Below, piece after piece: positions 1 to 11,165 of a DNA stretch of 64,000 nucleotides. This DNA is from Tubiluchus corallicola (taxonomy: Eukaryota; Animalia; Priapulida): the NCBI GenBank assembly GCA_030141605.1, contig JAQGDQ010000391.1:124001-188000 (forward strand). The letters run 5' to 3'. Below the pieces are notes generated by a model. The model had not been told where the DNA came from and did no database searches. It worked only from the letters and a program-made list of their open reading frames with translations. The number at the start of each line of letters is the position of its first letter. The stretch's first letter is position 1. The translations under genes were made by a program, and so were the position numbers.

Positions 1-3000
1 GTTGAAATTCTGTAATTTAAAATTACATTTTTCTTTTAGTCTGAAAGCAATCTGAAAAAAAATGAACAATGGCAACCCTACAAATACATGCGTGGGTTGA
101 CATTTTTGATTGTTAATATTAATAGAAAACTTGCCAAACCCCGCAAAAAAGTCTTGTGCATAAACTCACAACAACCTACACCACACCATACAACCACCCA
201 CTTCCCCACTCACAACACAGCACCCACACCACACCACACCAACCCATCGCACCACTCACAAACCGCCACCCACAGTTCACCACAACCCACACCACCCACA
301 CCGCACCACTCTACACCATACTGCCCCACCACAGTGCCCCACAACATTATCCACACCACATCACCCACACCACTCCATCAATACCACACCACTCTACCCA
401 CACTGCTCCACCAATACCTCACATACCTTACCACCCCACCACATCATCCACAGCACAACACCCACTACACACCATTCACAGGACACCCACCACACCAACA
501 ACACCACACCCACCACGTCACATGGAGATGATGATGTTGACGACTGTGATAATGATTTCGACATCAATAACGACAACCTACAGCACCAACGCCAACAGCA
601 CTGCATCATAGTAAAACCATGCAAAACAATTTTGTATAAAGACAATACTGTGCGCTATAACAAATGCTGTTACACCCATCCACCCTTGATCAATAATGCA
701 CGGACATTCTACACAATTTTGCTTACTTCTTTCTAGATTGTAATAGCCTCACAGATATAACTTGCAAGTACAATCTATGACACAGTATAGGATAACGGAT
801 GAGAACAATGCCTAGAACTGCCACGAAATTTCTTGAACTCAAAGACAACGCATGTTTCAAATGGCAGCACAGGGGTAGAAAAAGAACTTCGAAATACACC
901 CTGTTTCGTCTAGTATACATCTCTCCGAGTGAAGCTATAAACACTTTGTAGACCGGTTCGTCCTCATCTGCGAGTTTATTTTTTTCTCAACTTTTTTCAA
1001 TAGTTGCACAAATCAAGCTTTTTGGAGGTTGTTTTGTGCAGCTTTTAAGAAAGTTGGGGTATATAGGTCCCGGAAAATGTCCGTAGCGGGTATTAGTGGC
1101 CCTTCCGCGAAATCTAAATTGAACGGGTAACACCCACTATATAACAGGCTATCTGACCATTACCAGCAGCACACGGAGTACGTTCCCATTCTCTAGAAAC
1201 AAGAGGTATAAATTTTGCGAAACATGGTCGAAAAGGGAGATTTTTGCAGGTTTTTCGCCCGCCTCACACCTGTTTCTCCCGGTGGACTTGATTCTAAAAG
1301 TATTACCACAATGAAAAATCTGTGCGTCCGGACCTTTTGTTTGGTGTATAGATCGCCTAAAGTGTAGCCTCGTCGATTATGTATCCATATATAACCGATA
1401 CATCCAAGTAGTCTTCGTGGTTATAATGGCCATATATATATATATATTCGTTACATTGTCATGACCTTGAAAATTAATATAATTTTTTATGGACACACAC
1501 TCTTCTTTAGAAACTAATCTTCCCTTTACAACCGTTTAAACTAGTTTGCTGTTAGTTTTCCGCTCTGTTTCAGTCTCTCAATCACCTGTCATTGCATTTG
1601 TTAGAGTTTGTTAATCAGTTTAACTTAATCCCTATCTAATTCTAATGGTTCTGATGTTAGGTATACAGTTCCAGCCTTTTTACACACTCATATTGCTCCA
1701 TCATACTTTACGCTAGTACGATTCATTGCTGCATTAAATTTCATTGTTCATGCCACTTATCATTGGGTGATTGTTTTAAATTGATAACAATGATAACATC
1801 CTGTAACTTTTAAGAACGCTCTCGTTCTAAGTCCTTTAAGTATTGCTTGTTTTTCCACGCCATTTTGTCACAAAATGAATTTTTACTAGACGAAAAACTT
1901 GACCGAATAATAATGTAGCACAACGAACGTCATAGAACTTACTGGAAATTATTAGTGATATGATCCGAATTCGTTATCAGTCAACAAGGTGTACATCTGC
2001 AAGCAAAACAGACTTTTGCTGAAATATTTACTGCTAAACTGTCAGATCTTTCCGTTTTGTTTGCACGTGTGAATTTTATTTATTGATAACGAATTCTTGA
2101 ATAATTTAAAACGATCCACTATTACTTTTCAGCGTCAGTTCTTTATATCGCTGTTGTGCTATTTTTTCCAATAGGTTATTCATGGTTTTGTAACAGGGTT
2201 TATAAGTGCAGTGAGCAAACTGTTTGTTCAACCACATAAGAAAAATGTGCATTCTTAATGTAAACATTGTCACAAAAATACACAAATGCACAAGTTGTAA
2301 CTATTAAATTTGTCTTACCATAATGGACAAGGTCCTTGAAAAAGAAACAACTTTGTACAGCATGCTTTTAAGTTGTTGCAGTACGATTTGGAAAGCATGC
2401 TGTATTTGACAAAATAGTTCGCGAGGTGCAAATATGTGAATAAAATAAAGTTTTTTAACATCGAAATTCCGTTTATAGGAAACAAGAACGATAAAGTTAA
2501 AATATGCGCATAAATTATGTACACCACAAATATTTCACAAGTGATACATACAAGAATTAGAACGATTACATGATAATGACAATGCGATTAAACAATGCTA
2601 AACGCTACGTTCGAGCAGAAAGAAAACTAGAGAAAATATGCTAAATAATGAGCCATTAGCTACGTTAAGTTAATTACTATGTCAAAATGAGCATGAATGA
2701 AACAATTTACAAAAACACTACAGAATACAGATATAACGACTACATACGGATAAGAGGCTACGGATTCTCCTCGATAAGGAGGAATTGGAGAGCAATAACG
2801 CAATGCTATGTCGCTCCAAGCTATCTAGAAAAAAGCTGCAAGATTAGAACTACATACCTTCTGAGAAAGAAGCCTATATTCAAGTAATTATATGGCTAAT
2901 TGAAAACAAATCTAGTTTACATAGAATTATATGTAAACTATGAAGACAGATTTAGGAACGATACTTTTAACCATGAACAAACACTTTTATTCGAGAAGAG

Positions 3001-4004
3001 TAGTTATCGACAAATAAAACATGTTTTCAAATACAAGAGTTTTTGAAATAAAAGGTTTTCAGACTAACAAAATGGATCGCCATCAACGGCACACCATGTA
3101 CTGAAAAATACTTCAAGTAAGTTTAATAGTTATTAAAATAATTGCGTGCCATGTTCATTATGACACGATGTGAATTGTTAGTTATTGTTTGGAAGAAAAA
3201 ACAACAAAACAGCAAAGAAAAAAGTACCTTGCACTTTTGAAATGTCCCCATATTCCTTGCTGTGAGATTTTTAGAAAATATAGGGTTGCGTGAGGTATAG
3301 AACTCTTGGGGGTAAAAGGCCCACACGAGTTTCGCAGAAGGTCCAATAGAGGACACTACATATATGCATGCGTGGAATACTGAAAGCTAACAAGCAGATA
3401 AAAAGGTTAGTTGTATAAGTGATGCTTAAGTAAGACGTGCAGATTGTGTAGGTCTCATATAACTTTTCATTTTTTCTACCAATTTTTGATTAACAAATTC
3501 GTGGAGTTCTGTCGAAGGTACCGTACGATGAGCGTGATATTATGACTGCAAATGTTCACCTGTAAGTGTACTTGCCTAAAAAAATCTTACGCTAACTTAA
3601 CAATTTTTGCACTTAATCGTAAAGACATATCTTGATGTGTAAAGGGGCAAAAGGTCTCGCCTCTGCGTGTGGGGCTCGAAACGCCCGTGGTGTCTTTGCG
3701 CCCATTATATTAAGGCACTTTACAGTTCCAGGGATTGATGGTGATCGTGAACAAGTTAAAGGTTAGGTGTACCAGAGAACGCATTTATGTACACTATACA
3801 ACGTCTAATAGTAACAGTCTTAACAGCTAGCTAGAACCTTATCTAGCTCATTTTTCTTGTTCCCAAGCGAGATCCTGCTAGTAGATCACTCTATGCACAG
3901 ACTAATGCATAGTTAAGTAAAGTCCACGTAAAAGAACTGAAATTACTGAACGTTAGCTGCCGTTGGTTTTTCTTTACCCGTATGTCACGTGACGGTTGTA
4001 GTTA
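1..4004. repeat. Rearranged tail of a third, more diverged unit
   Basis: 1-~888 aligns with 8460-~9032 and ~3520-4004 aligns with ~9213-9699. The ~2.6 kb between them is not shared with units 1 and 2. Confidence 0.9.
125..610 (+). repeat. CACCA-rich low-complexity repeat in a dispersed element; related tracts at 5110-5380, 8580-8760, 15560-15830, 19030-19210 and inverted at 28640-29085
   Basis: Degenerate CAC/CACCA arrays. The flank ACT(A/T)GCCAA..CC.GCAAAAA precedes the tracts at 129, 8580 and 19031 and is reverse-complemented at ~29060-29082. Confidence 0.7.
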
Positions 4005-5806
4005 CAAGGTGTTTGATACGTCGAGGACGAAGGATCTTGGTACGATTTTGTTCTGTGCAAACGACCAGTGAAGAGGCTCGTGCTGAAAGATGTCAGCATG
4101 GAGGTTCGCAGCGGGGAGGTCATGTGCGTCATGGGATCAGCAGGTAAGACATGAACTATTTTTTAATAAACTATTACGAGATTTTAAAACATGGCATCTA
4201 AGATTTCAAGTACACTTACACAAAATGCCTTTAAAATGATCAATATCAGTTTCTTCACAGATTGTAGATTGCATTTTACCATTGCTGTGTGGTAAGCAGA
4301 ATTTAACTTATTAAAGTTGTACAAGTAATATTTAGTCCAGAGATTTTGACAAGAAAGTCACCAAGGAAATGACTTAATTGGCACACGTTTTACACCTTGA
4401 GCATGACACCTACTCACGACTTACACAAGATCTATCAAGAATCAGATTCCGATCATTGTTCAGATTCAGATTATGTTTCGTAGTCGTAAACAATAAATAG
4501 GTGTATGTAGTTTATTTACTAAAACAAGTTACATTTATACGCGAGGAACGAGGCAAATGCTACAATCGATACAGTAGTGATTTTTGTCCAAATGTCACTT
4601 TACGTATATTTCCTACTCAAGGTTATAGTTTTAAAAACAGTGTTATGCATACAAGGTACATCAGCATAAAAGTTGCAAAATTTCATGACTGATCATATAA
4701 CAATTAGGGTGCTCAAAGAAGTGAGTTAAATCAGCAAAGTTTACATTGTCATCGCGGTTTCTAATATTTGATGTTAGGGGGCATGTTTGTATAACGTGTT
4801 TCCCGGTTTGAATGTCCCCACAAGGACATAACCTATTTTCCCTTGGCTGTCTCGCCCATCTACCCGTTTCTATCCGCAGCCTAGTACATACAGCCTATAC
4901 ATGAACAAAACCATTGTTGCGAAAGCATATTTTGCACCCACTCTCCCAATGTTAGCAACGGGTGCGGTTTAGAAGCCCACTAATGCAAAGCCCATGTAAT
5001 TGGTAGCAGTTTAAAAGAGAACACGTGTGCAAACTTGATGATTCCAACTTGGCCTTTCTATGTGCGTGGCTGGCTGTTGTGGGCTTTGTAGGTTTTATTT
5101 TGTGCTCACAATCACATCACGGCACCACTCACAGCATACCACCCACCCAACACCACACCTCCCACTATACCGCATTGAAACACCACACCCACATCACTCT
5201 ACACCACACCATCCACACCCAACCACCCCTCCAAATTATCCACATTGCATCATCCACACCACACCATCAGTACCCTACCACACCACCAGATTATCCACAC
5301 TACATCACCCACACCACACTGTCAATACCACATCACTTCATCAATACCACATATACTCTACCACCCCACCACACCTCACAGTCCTCGGCCCCTTGACGGC
5401 TTTGGGCAAGGCATCCACAACATTATGATAGTGGTAATTCATTTCATGCAGTTTCCTACTAGATCACATCAGTAGGCAGAAAAATTTTCTTGCGTTGCAA
5501 AAACATTTGAACAAGGGTAACAATGTGATGGATGTTTTTTTCTCACACTTCTCCAAACTGAGCCTATTAAATTTCAGTGAATGTAGCTTAGAGAAACTCT
5601 AGTGCATCAAAATGTAACATACGCAAATCAAAGAAAATTTATTTGTTTCAGAATTTATAGCAAAACAATATCAGAATATGTTTCAAAAAAACTGATAAAC
5701 ATAAATTGACCTAAAGCAAATACACAAAGCTTAAAAACTGATAAATGTAAGAAGGGACTGTAAAACAAAAATATTCTGTTCCATTAATTTCTGTTTACAA
5801 TGACAA

Positions 5807-8281
5807 CTATTTTTTTGCTCCAACGAGACCGTCTGACGCCGTCTCAAGTGTTTCTGCTGAAATAGCTCCTGCACAAGTAACCTCAACATCTGCATGCTCC
5901 TCTCCCTTTCTTCTTTTTCTCAAATCATTCTTTGTTTCAGCATTGTCTTCTGCTTCATCTTTTTCTACAGAAGTAACTTCAATATCAATATGCTTTTCTG
6001 CAATACTTCTCTTTTGTGACTCACCTTCTGTTTCAACTACGTCTTCTTTTTCATTTCTTTTAACCACGTCATTTTCATTTGAAGCAACACCAGTAGCAGC
6101 AAGACTTTCTATTTCTTCTCCTTTTATTGAACCAACACCTTTGGGAGAGACGTCTTTTGTGTCATAACCTTCCTTTTTTGTCTCATCACCAGAGCTAGTG
6201 CTAATGTTAGACTTTGTTTGTCTGACCTGGTAAACCAATAGAGCAACCATGAGACCAAACAATACCACAATAAGTAGCATCAGTAGTGCACGTCCAGGAC
6301 AGGCATTTGATTTGCTTGACAGAAGTTTTAGACTAGTCCATGTTGAGTTACCACCAGTCGGTGACAAAATTATTGCTTCAGCATAACCACATCGGATTGT
6401 GCTATTTGATCCTCCGATGCAAGCACTTAAGCCAACCACCATTTTTCCTTTTGCATTTACATTCAGAGAGATCTTTCCTTCAGAATTCATTTGGGCGACG
6501 TTTTTGAAGTTTAGAATTGAGTATAACAGCTGCACATTATTGCGAGTTTCAAATGTTGCTTGAACTTGACCAATATATGATCCAGCAACTCCAGTACTGT
6601 CGAATAAATAGGCTTTTTGAGTGAACTTAGGACTTCTCAGTGCCGCATTTTTCACATTAACAGTAATATCAATGGTTCCTGCTTGCCCATTATTTGCAGC
6701 ATTACGAGCCTTTACAACAAGTTCGTAGCGATCCTTGATATATGCATTCAATGTTGACGACAAAACCAGACTTAAGACTGATATATTTGCCATGTGCGTT
6801 TTAGATATGATTAATATAAAGTCATCTACATACGCACCCTGCTTTGTCTTTAATGTGTAGGTAAACTGAGGTTCTAAATTACCAATTTGAACACCCGTAA
6901 CGAATATCAATGTGTCATAGTGTTCGTAATCAAACACATCGACTGAATTTTTTTCTGAATTACGTCTGAACATTCTGAACAATGCAGAATTTAGAGTGAT
7001 GTCGATACGCAAGAGTGCTCTATCACAATGTGTAGCAACATCACGTTCTGTCGCTTGAACAAGAGTGTGGTAAACAACTGTTTCGTACGAAGCAGCTCTA
7101 GGAAGATTCCCAGCAATAGTAATTTCACCATTTGCTTCATCTATTTTAAATATGTTTTCTATTTGGCTTGGGTACGGAAAAGAGAAAAACACACCATTTC
7201 CTAGTCTATCCTTGTCATTTGCTTCAATTTTTCCTGGTTCAACTTTCAGTGGTGCGCTAAAAATTTTTTTGTACACTCCGACCTGATACAGATTATGAGA
7301 AAATTTGGGATTTTCGTTATTTGTTTTATCTATAAGGACATTAAGGCTAAGTTTTCTAGGCTGTCTTTTAGATGGCCCAGCATTCCCAATTGGTGGTGCA
7401 TTGAACTTAGTCTTGGGTATCAACCAGAGATTTAACCTAAGATTCTTTGTGAATTTGTAGTGTACTTTCTTTTTCAGATAAACAAAAAAGTCAAGTTTCT
7501 TTGTTGGTTGATAAGAATTTAAATCCTTATCTACAGTTTTACCTTTGAAATATTCCTCTCCCGTGCAGCTAAAATTGCCACCTTGATTCACAAGTTCGCC
7601 CATGCATATGATAAAATTCCTTGCATATGCAAATTCGTCCAAGTCTTTGGCGGGAAATTTCCACAATTGCGAGCCAATTAGAGTGTCTTCAGCAAGAAAT
7701 AGTTGCCTTCCGGGATAGAAGTCGAATGTAGGAGCATATCGATCCTCGGGCACTATTACAAGGGTAAGTGTAATTTCATGCCAAAGGACAGGGCGGTTGC
7801 GATCACAATACACTGGTTTCCAAAGGCTCCAAGCTTGAAAGCATCCTAAGCAATTAAACTTTAATAAAAGCTTTGGTTTTTCCTGTTGAAGTTGATTACG
7901 TTTATATTCTAACAGATAACTCTCAATTCTTCTATTTGCCGTGTACTCTATAAAAGGACCCAGTGTTATTCCTGACCTATCATTTCCTATCTTAAACAAG
8001 TGATGGTCAGTACGGGTACCGTTTATTGTTGCGTCAGTAAGGTAAGGTTGCGCATAATATAATGAATTTACACTAAAAAAGTCAGGAATACCCAAACGCA
8101 TTCTGTTTCCTGTCTTAAATAACTTTTCCGCAGCTGTCATTTCGTACTGGACATTTGGTGAAGGGAGGCATGCTTTTCGAGGTGCCCTGCCACCTGTGAT
8201 GTGCCCATTTATGAATTCACCTAAGATGAATCTCGCAATTGTAAAAAGTAAGAACAGCACTTCAAATAGTTTGCATTCCAT
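5807..8281 (-). CDS. Cadherin-like single-pass membrane protein, 824 aa, uninterrupted ORF (unit 1)
   Basis: Signal-peptide-like N-terminus (MECKLFEVLFLLFTIARFILG). Degenerate cadherin-repeat motifs: PEDRYAPTF, LAEDTLIGSQLWKFPAKDLDE, IDKTNNENPKFSHNLY, IEANDKD, FKIDEANGEITI, VQATERD, YELVVKARN..TVNVKN..SPKF. One TM segment (ALLMLLIVVLFGLMVALLVYQV) and an E/K/D-rich tail with no recognisable catenin-binding domain. Confidence 0.85.
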   Translation of the reverse strand: MECKLFEVLFLLFTIARFILGEFINGHITGGRAPRKACLPSPNVQYEMTAAEKLFKTGNRMRLGIPDFFSVNSLYYAQPYLTDATINGTRTDHHLFKIGNDRSGITLGPFIEYTANRRIESYLLEYKRNQLQQEKPKLLLKFNCLGCFQAWSLWKPVYCDRNRPVLWHEITLTLVIVPEDRYAPTFDFYPGRQLFLAEDTLIGSQLWKFPAKDLDEFAYARNFIICMGELVNQGGNFSCTGEEYFKGKTVDKDLNSYQPTKKLDFFVYLKKKVHYKFTKNLRLNLWLIPKTKFNAPPIGNAGPSKRQPRKLSLNVLIDKTNNENPKFSHNLYQVGVYKKIFSAPLKVEPGKIEANDKDRLGNGVFFSFPYPSQIENIFKIDEANGEITIAGNLPRAASYETVVYHTLVQATERDVATHCDRALLRIDITLNSALFRMFRRNSEKNSVDVFDYEHYDTLIFVTGVQIGNLEPQFTYTLKTKQGAYVDDFILIISKTHMANISVLSLVLSSTLNAYIKDRYELVVKARNAANNGQAGTIDITVNVKNAALRSPKFTQKAYLFDSTGVAGSYIGQVQATFETRNNVQLLYSILNFKNVAQMNSEGKISLNVNAKGKMVVGLSACIGGSNSTIRCGYAEAIILSPTGGNSTWTSLKLLSSKSNACPGRALLMLLIVVLFGLMVALLVYQVRQTKSNISTSSGDETKKEGYDTKDVSPKGVGSIKGEEIESLAATGVASNENDVVKRNEKEDVVETEGESQKRSIAEKHIDIEVTSVEKDEAEDNAETKNDLRKRRKGEEHADVEVTCAGAISAETLETASDGLVGAKK

Positions 8282-10141
8282 TTCACTTTATCAAGAAATG
8301 TTGTTCCCTCATTGATAACTGCAGCATATTCATTGACACATTTCTTCTTCAAAACTAACTTTGTTACACAGTTCCATTCGAATTCCAATCGAAATTCTGT
8401 TCCATTCAAATTTGTCATTTTCGCTTTATTGTTTTCACGACTGTCATTGTGACGTCTTTGTTGAAATTCTGTAATTTAAAATTACATTTTTTTGAAAGCA
8501 ATCTGAAGAAAAATGAACAATGGCAACCCCACAAATACATGCGTGGTCTGACATTTTTGATTTTTAATATTAATAGAAAACTAGCCAAACCCCGCAAAAA
8601 CTCACAACAACCTACACCACACCATACAACCACCCACTTCCCCACTCACAACACACCACCCACACCATGCCACACCAACCCCCCACTATGATAACGACTA
8701 TGATGATGATGTCGACATTGGTAACGACAACCTACAGCACCAACACCACAGCACTGCATCATAGTACAACCATGCAAAACAATTTTGTACACTGTGCGCT
8801 ACAACAAATGCTCTGACACCCATCCACCCTTGATCAATAATGCACTTATAGTCTACACAATTTTGCTTACTGCTTCCTAGATTATAATAGCCTCAGAGAT
8901 ATAACTTACAAGTACAATCTATGACACAGTATCGAACGACGGGTGAGAACAAAGCCTAGAAACAGCAGCAAAATTTCTTAAACTCAAAGACAATGGATGT
9001 TCCAAATGGCAGCACAGGGGTGGAAAAAGAACTAGCCGAACAAAATGCTTGTAAAAATAATGAATATGAATTTTGAAGATTAAAAAAAATCTGAATTCAT
9101 AATCATGCGAATTCATTAGCTTTTTTTCAAAATTGACAAGTAAGAAGGTAAAGCGGACATAAAAATGACGTAACAAGAGCCCAAGAAATATAATAATTGT
9201 TACTGAATTGTATACCGTACGAAAAACGTAATATTTTGGCTGCAAATGTTCACCTGTAAGTGTACTTGCTTAAAAAAAGTCTGACGCTAACTTAACAATT
9301 TTTGCACTTAATCGTAAAGACATATCTTGATGTGCAAAGGGGCAAACGGTCTCGCCTCTGCGTGTGGGGCTCGAAACGCTCGTGGTGTCTTTGCGCCCAT
9401 TATATTTAGGCACTTTACAGTTCCAGGGACTGATGGTGATCGTGAACAAGTCAAAGGTTAGGTGTACCAGAGAACGCATTTATGTACACTATACAACGTC
9501 TAATAGTAACAGTCTTAACAGCTAGCTAGAACCTTATCTAGCTCATTTTTGTTGTTACCAAGCGAGATCCTGCTAGTAAATCACTCTATGCAGAGACTAA
9601 TGCATAGGTAAGTAAAGTCCACGTAAAACGACGGAAATTACTGAACGTTAGCTGCCGACGGTTTTTCTTTACCCGTATGTCACGTGACGGTTGCAGTTAA
9701 GACGCTTTGCTGTGGTACACTTAACCTTTGACCTACAACTGCGCCTGCGCACAACGAAACTGTGAAAATACTTATTACTTAACAACTGAAGTTGGTATGG
9801 CACATTTTTGAAAATTTAACATGTTCAAAGCATTAATTTTGTTCGTTCTTAGTTTGTTTGTTAGTTTTGTGTTTCTCTTCTTCCAAAGCAGTGTTACAGT
9901 TTTTTCTGTTTTGTCTACTTTGTCAAAAATGTGTTGCTGTTTACTTGAATGTAACTATACGTTCATGGTTAACCCTTTCCCTCTGCTTATAAACAACATG
10001 AACAATGAAGCAACAGTAAATGCGGAAGAAAGAAGTTAATTCTGATTTTCACTAAACGCAGCTATTAAAATTGGCTTGCAAAAATTGGAGCAACAGTGCA
10101 AGTGTGATGAAAGGGCAACGTATGTATAATAAATCATTTTA

Positions 10142-10229
10142 TTCACAATGACGCCGTGACATGCGCATCAGCACCGTCCGCGCTCTACGTCACAATATGC
10201 CGATCCGCATGTCACGGCGTCTTTGTGAA
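10142..10229. other. GC-rich 88-nt inverted repeat/hairpin (copy at 20592-20679)
   Basis: Arms 10142-10173 and 10198-10229 are reverse complements at 29/32 positions (30/32 in unit 2), around a 24-nt loop. Confidence 0.85.
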
Positions 10230-10594
10230 GAAAACATAAAAAAGCAGTAGAAAAAGTGAAATTACAGGGTGAAGAATTGAATTTTATATTTTATAAAAAG
10301 TGAAATCAAGTAACTCGCTAGATATCTAATCCTTTGCGCTCCATTACGGTTCACATTAAGGAGCAGGTGCTGAGGTGGAAAATGCACCTGCCTGTTAGCC
10401 CACTGAACAGACAAAACCGTTCCGCAGCAGCAGTGTTATACGCCACTATACAATGGCTTCTTATGGCCCCTGTAACAATACATACATATGCATATCACAA
10501 ATGTTAAGACAATTTTCAGTTTCCGTATAAAATTTTCATAATATTTCACTCATTTTCACTGCAATGTAGCTTTTTAAATATTCTTGCTAACTAT

Positions 10595-10838
10595 CTTAAA
10601 ACTGATTTGGAAAGACCAAAGAAAATTGTATAAAGATCATCGGTAAGAATCTCATTCTTGAGCACACCGTTCTGTGTAATGATATGTTAAAGGAAATTAT
10701 GGCAGACAACTTTCATCCTCTACATAAAGAATTTACATTTCTTTCACACTTTCACACAAAATAGAATTAAACGTGCCCCTTTCAAGAACAAATCGATTTT
10801 CGTTTCTTTCCACTCAAATTAAAGTATTCAATAATAGT
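10595..10838 (+). mobile_element. Degraded non-LTR retrotransposon 3' remnant, L2/Rex1-like (copy ~21045-21288)
   Basis: Broken frames give KTDLER.., LKEIMADNFHPLHKEFTFL and RTNRF.., resembling the I..D..HPLH / RTNRF..SF ORF2 C-terminus. Confidence 0.45.
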
Positions 10839-11039
10839 TAAGCACTTTTCAACTTATAAAGCTTTATTTTGATTGTAACGCAAATTCATTTTTCTAACAT
10901 AGATGCATTTACATTTATATGCACAGTTGAATTTAATTGAAGTTGCAGACTTGTTGTGCTAATTGTTTCTTAAGTAGTCCGTGCAAATAAACAAAAAGGA
11001 AAATTTCCTGTATACCAATAGTATACATTGCCTATAAGT

Positions 11040-11165
11040 GTGGCTATGTCTAAGTCTATGTCTATGTCTATGGCTGTCTATGTTTATGTCTAGCTGTATT
11101 ATTATTCATGTCTAAGTCTGTGTCTGTATCTGTGTGTGTATCTATGTCTATGTCTATGTCTATAT
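11040..11165 (+). repeat. (TCTATG)n degenerate microsatellite (copy ~21490-21615)
   Basis: Visible hexamer array. Confidence 0.8.

Noticed and set aside
88-645. His/Thr/Pro-rich ORFs (also 5025-5475, 15476-15926)
   Set aside because: They are translations of CACCA low-complexity repeats, open in several frames and varying in length between copies.
9270-10039. Short ORFs conserved between units (69 aa, 72 aa)
   Set aside because: Conservation only reflects the recent duplication; no motifs or splice support.
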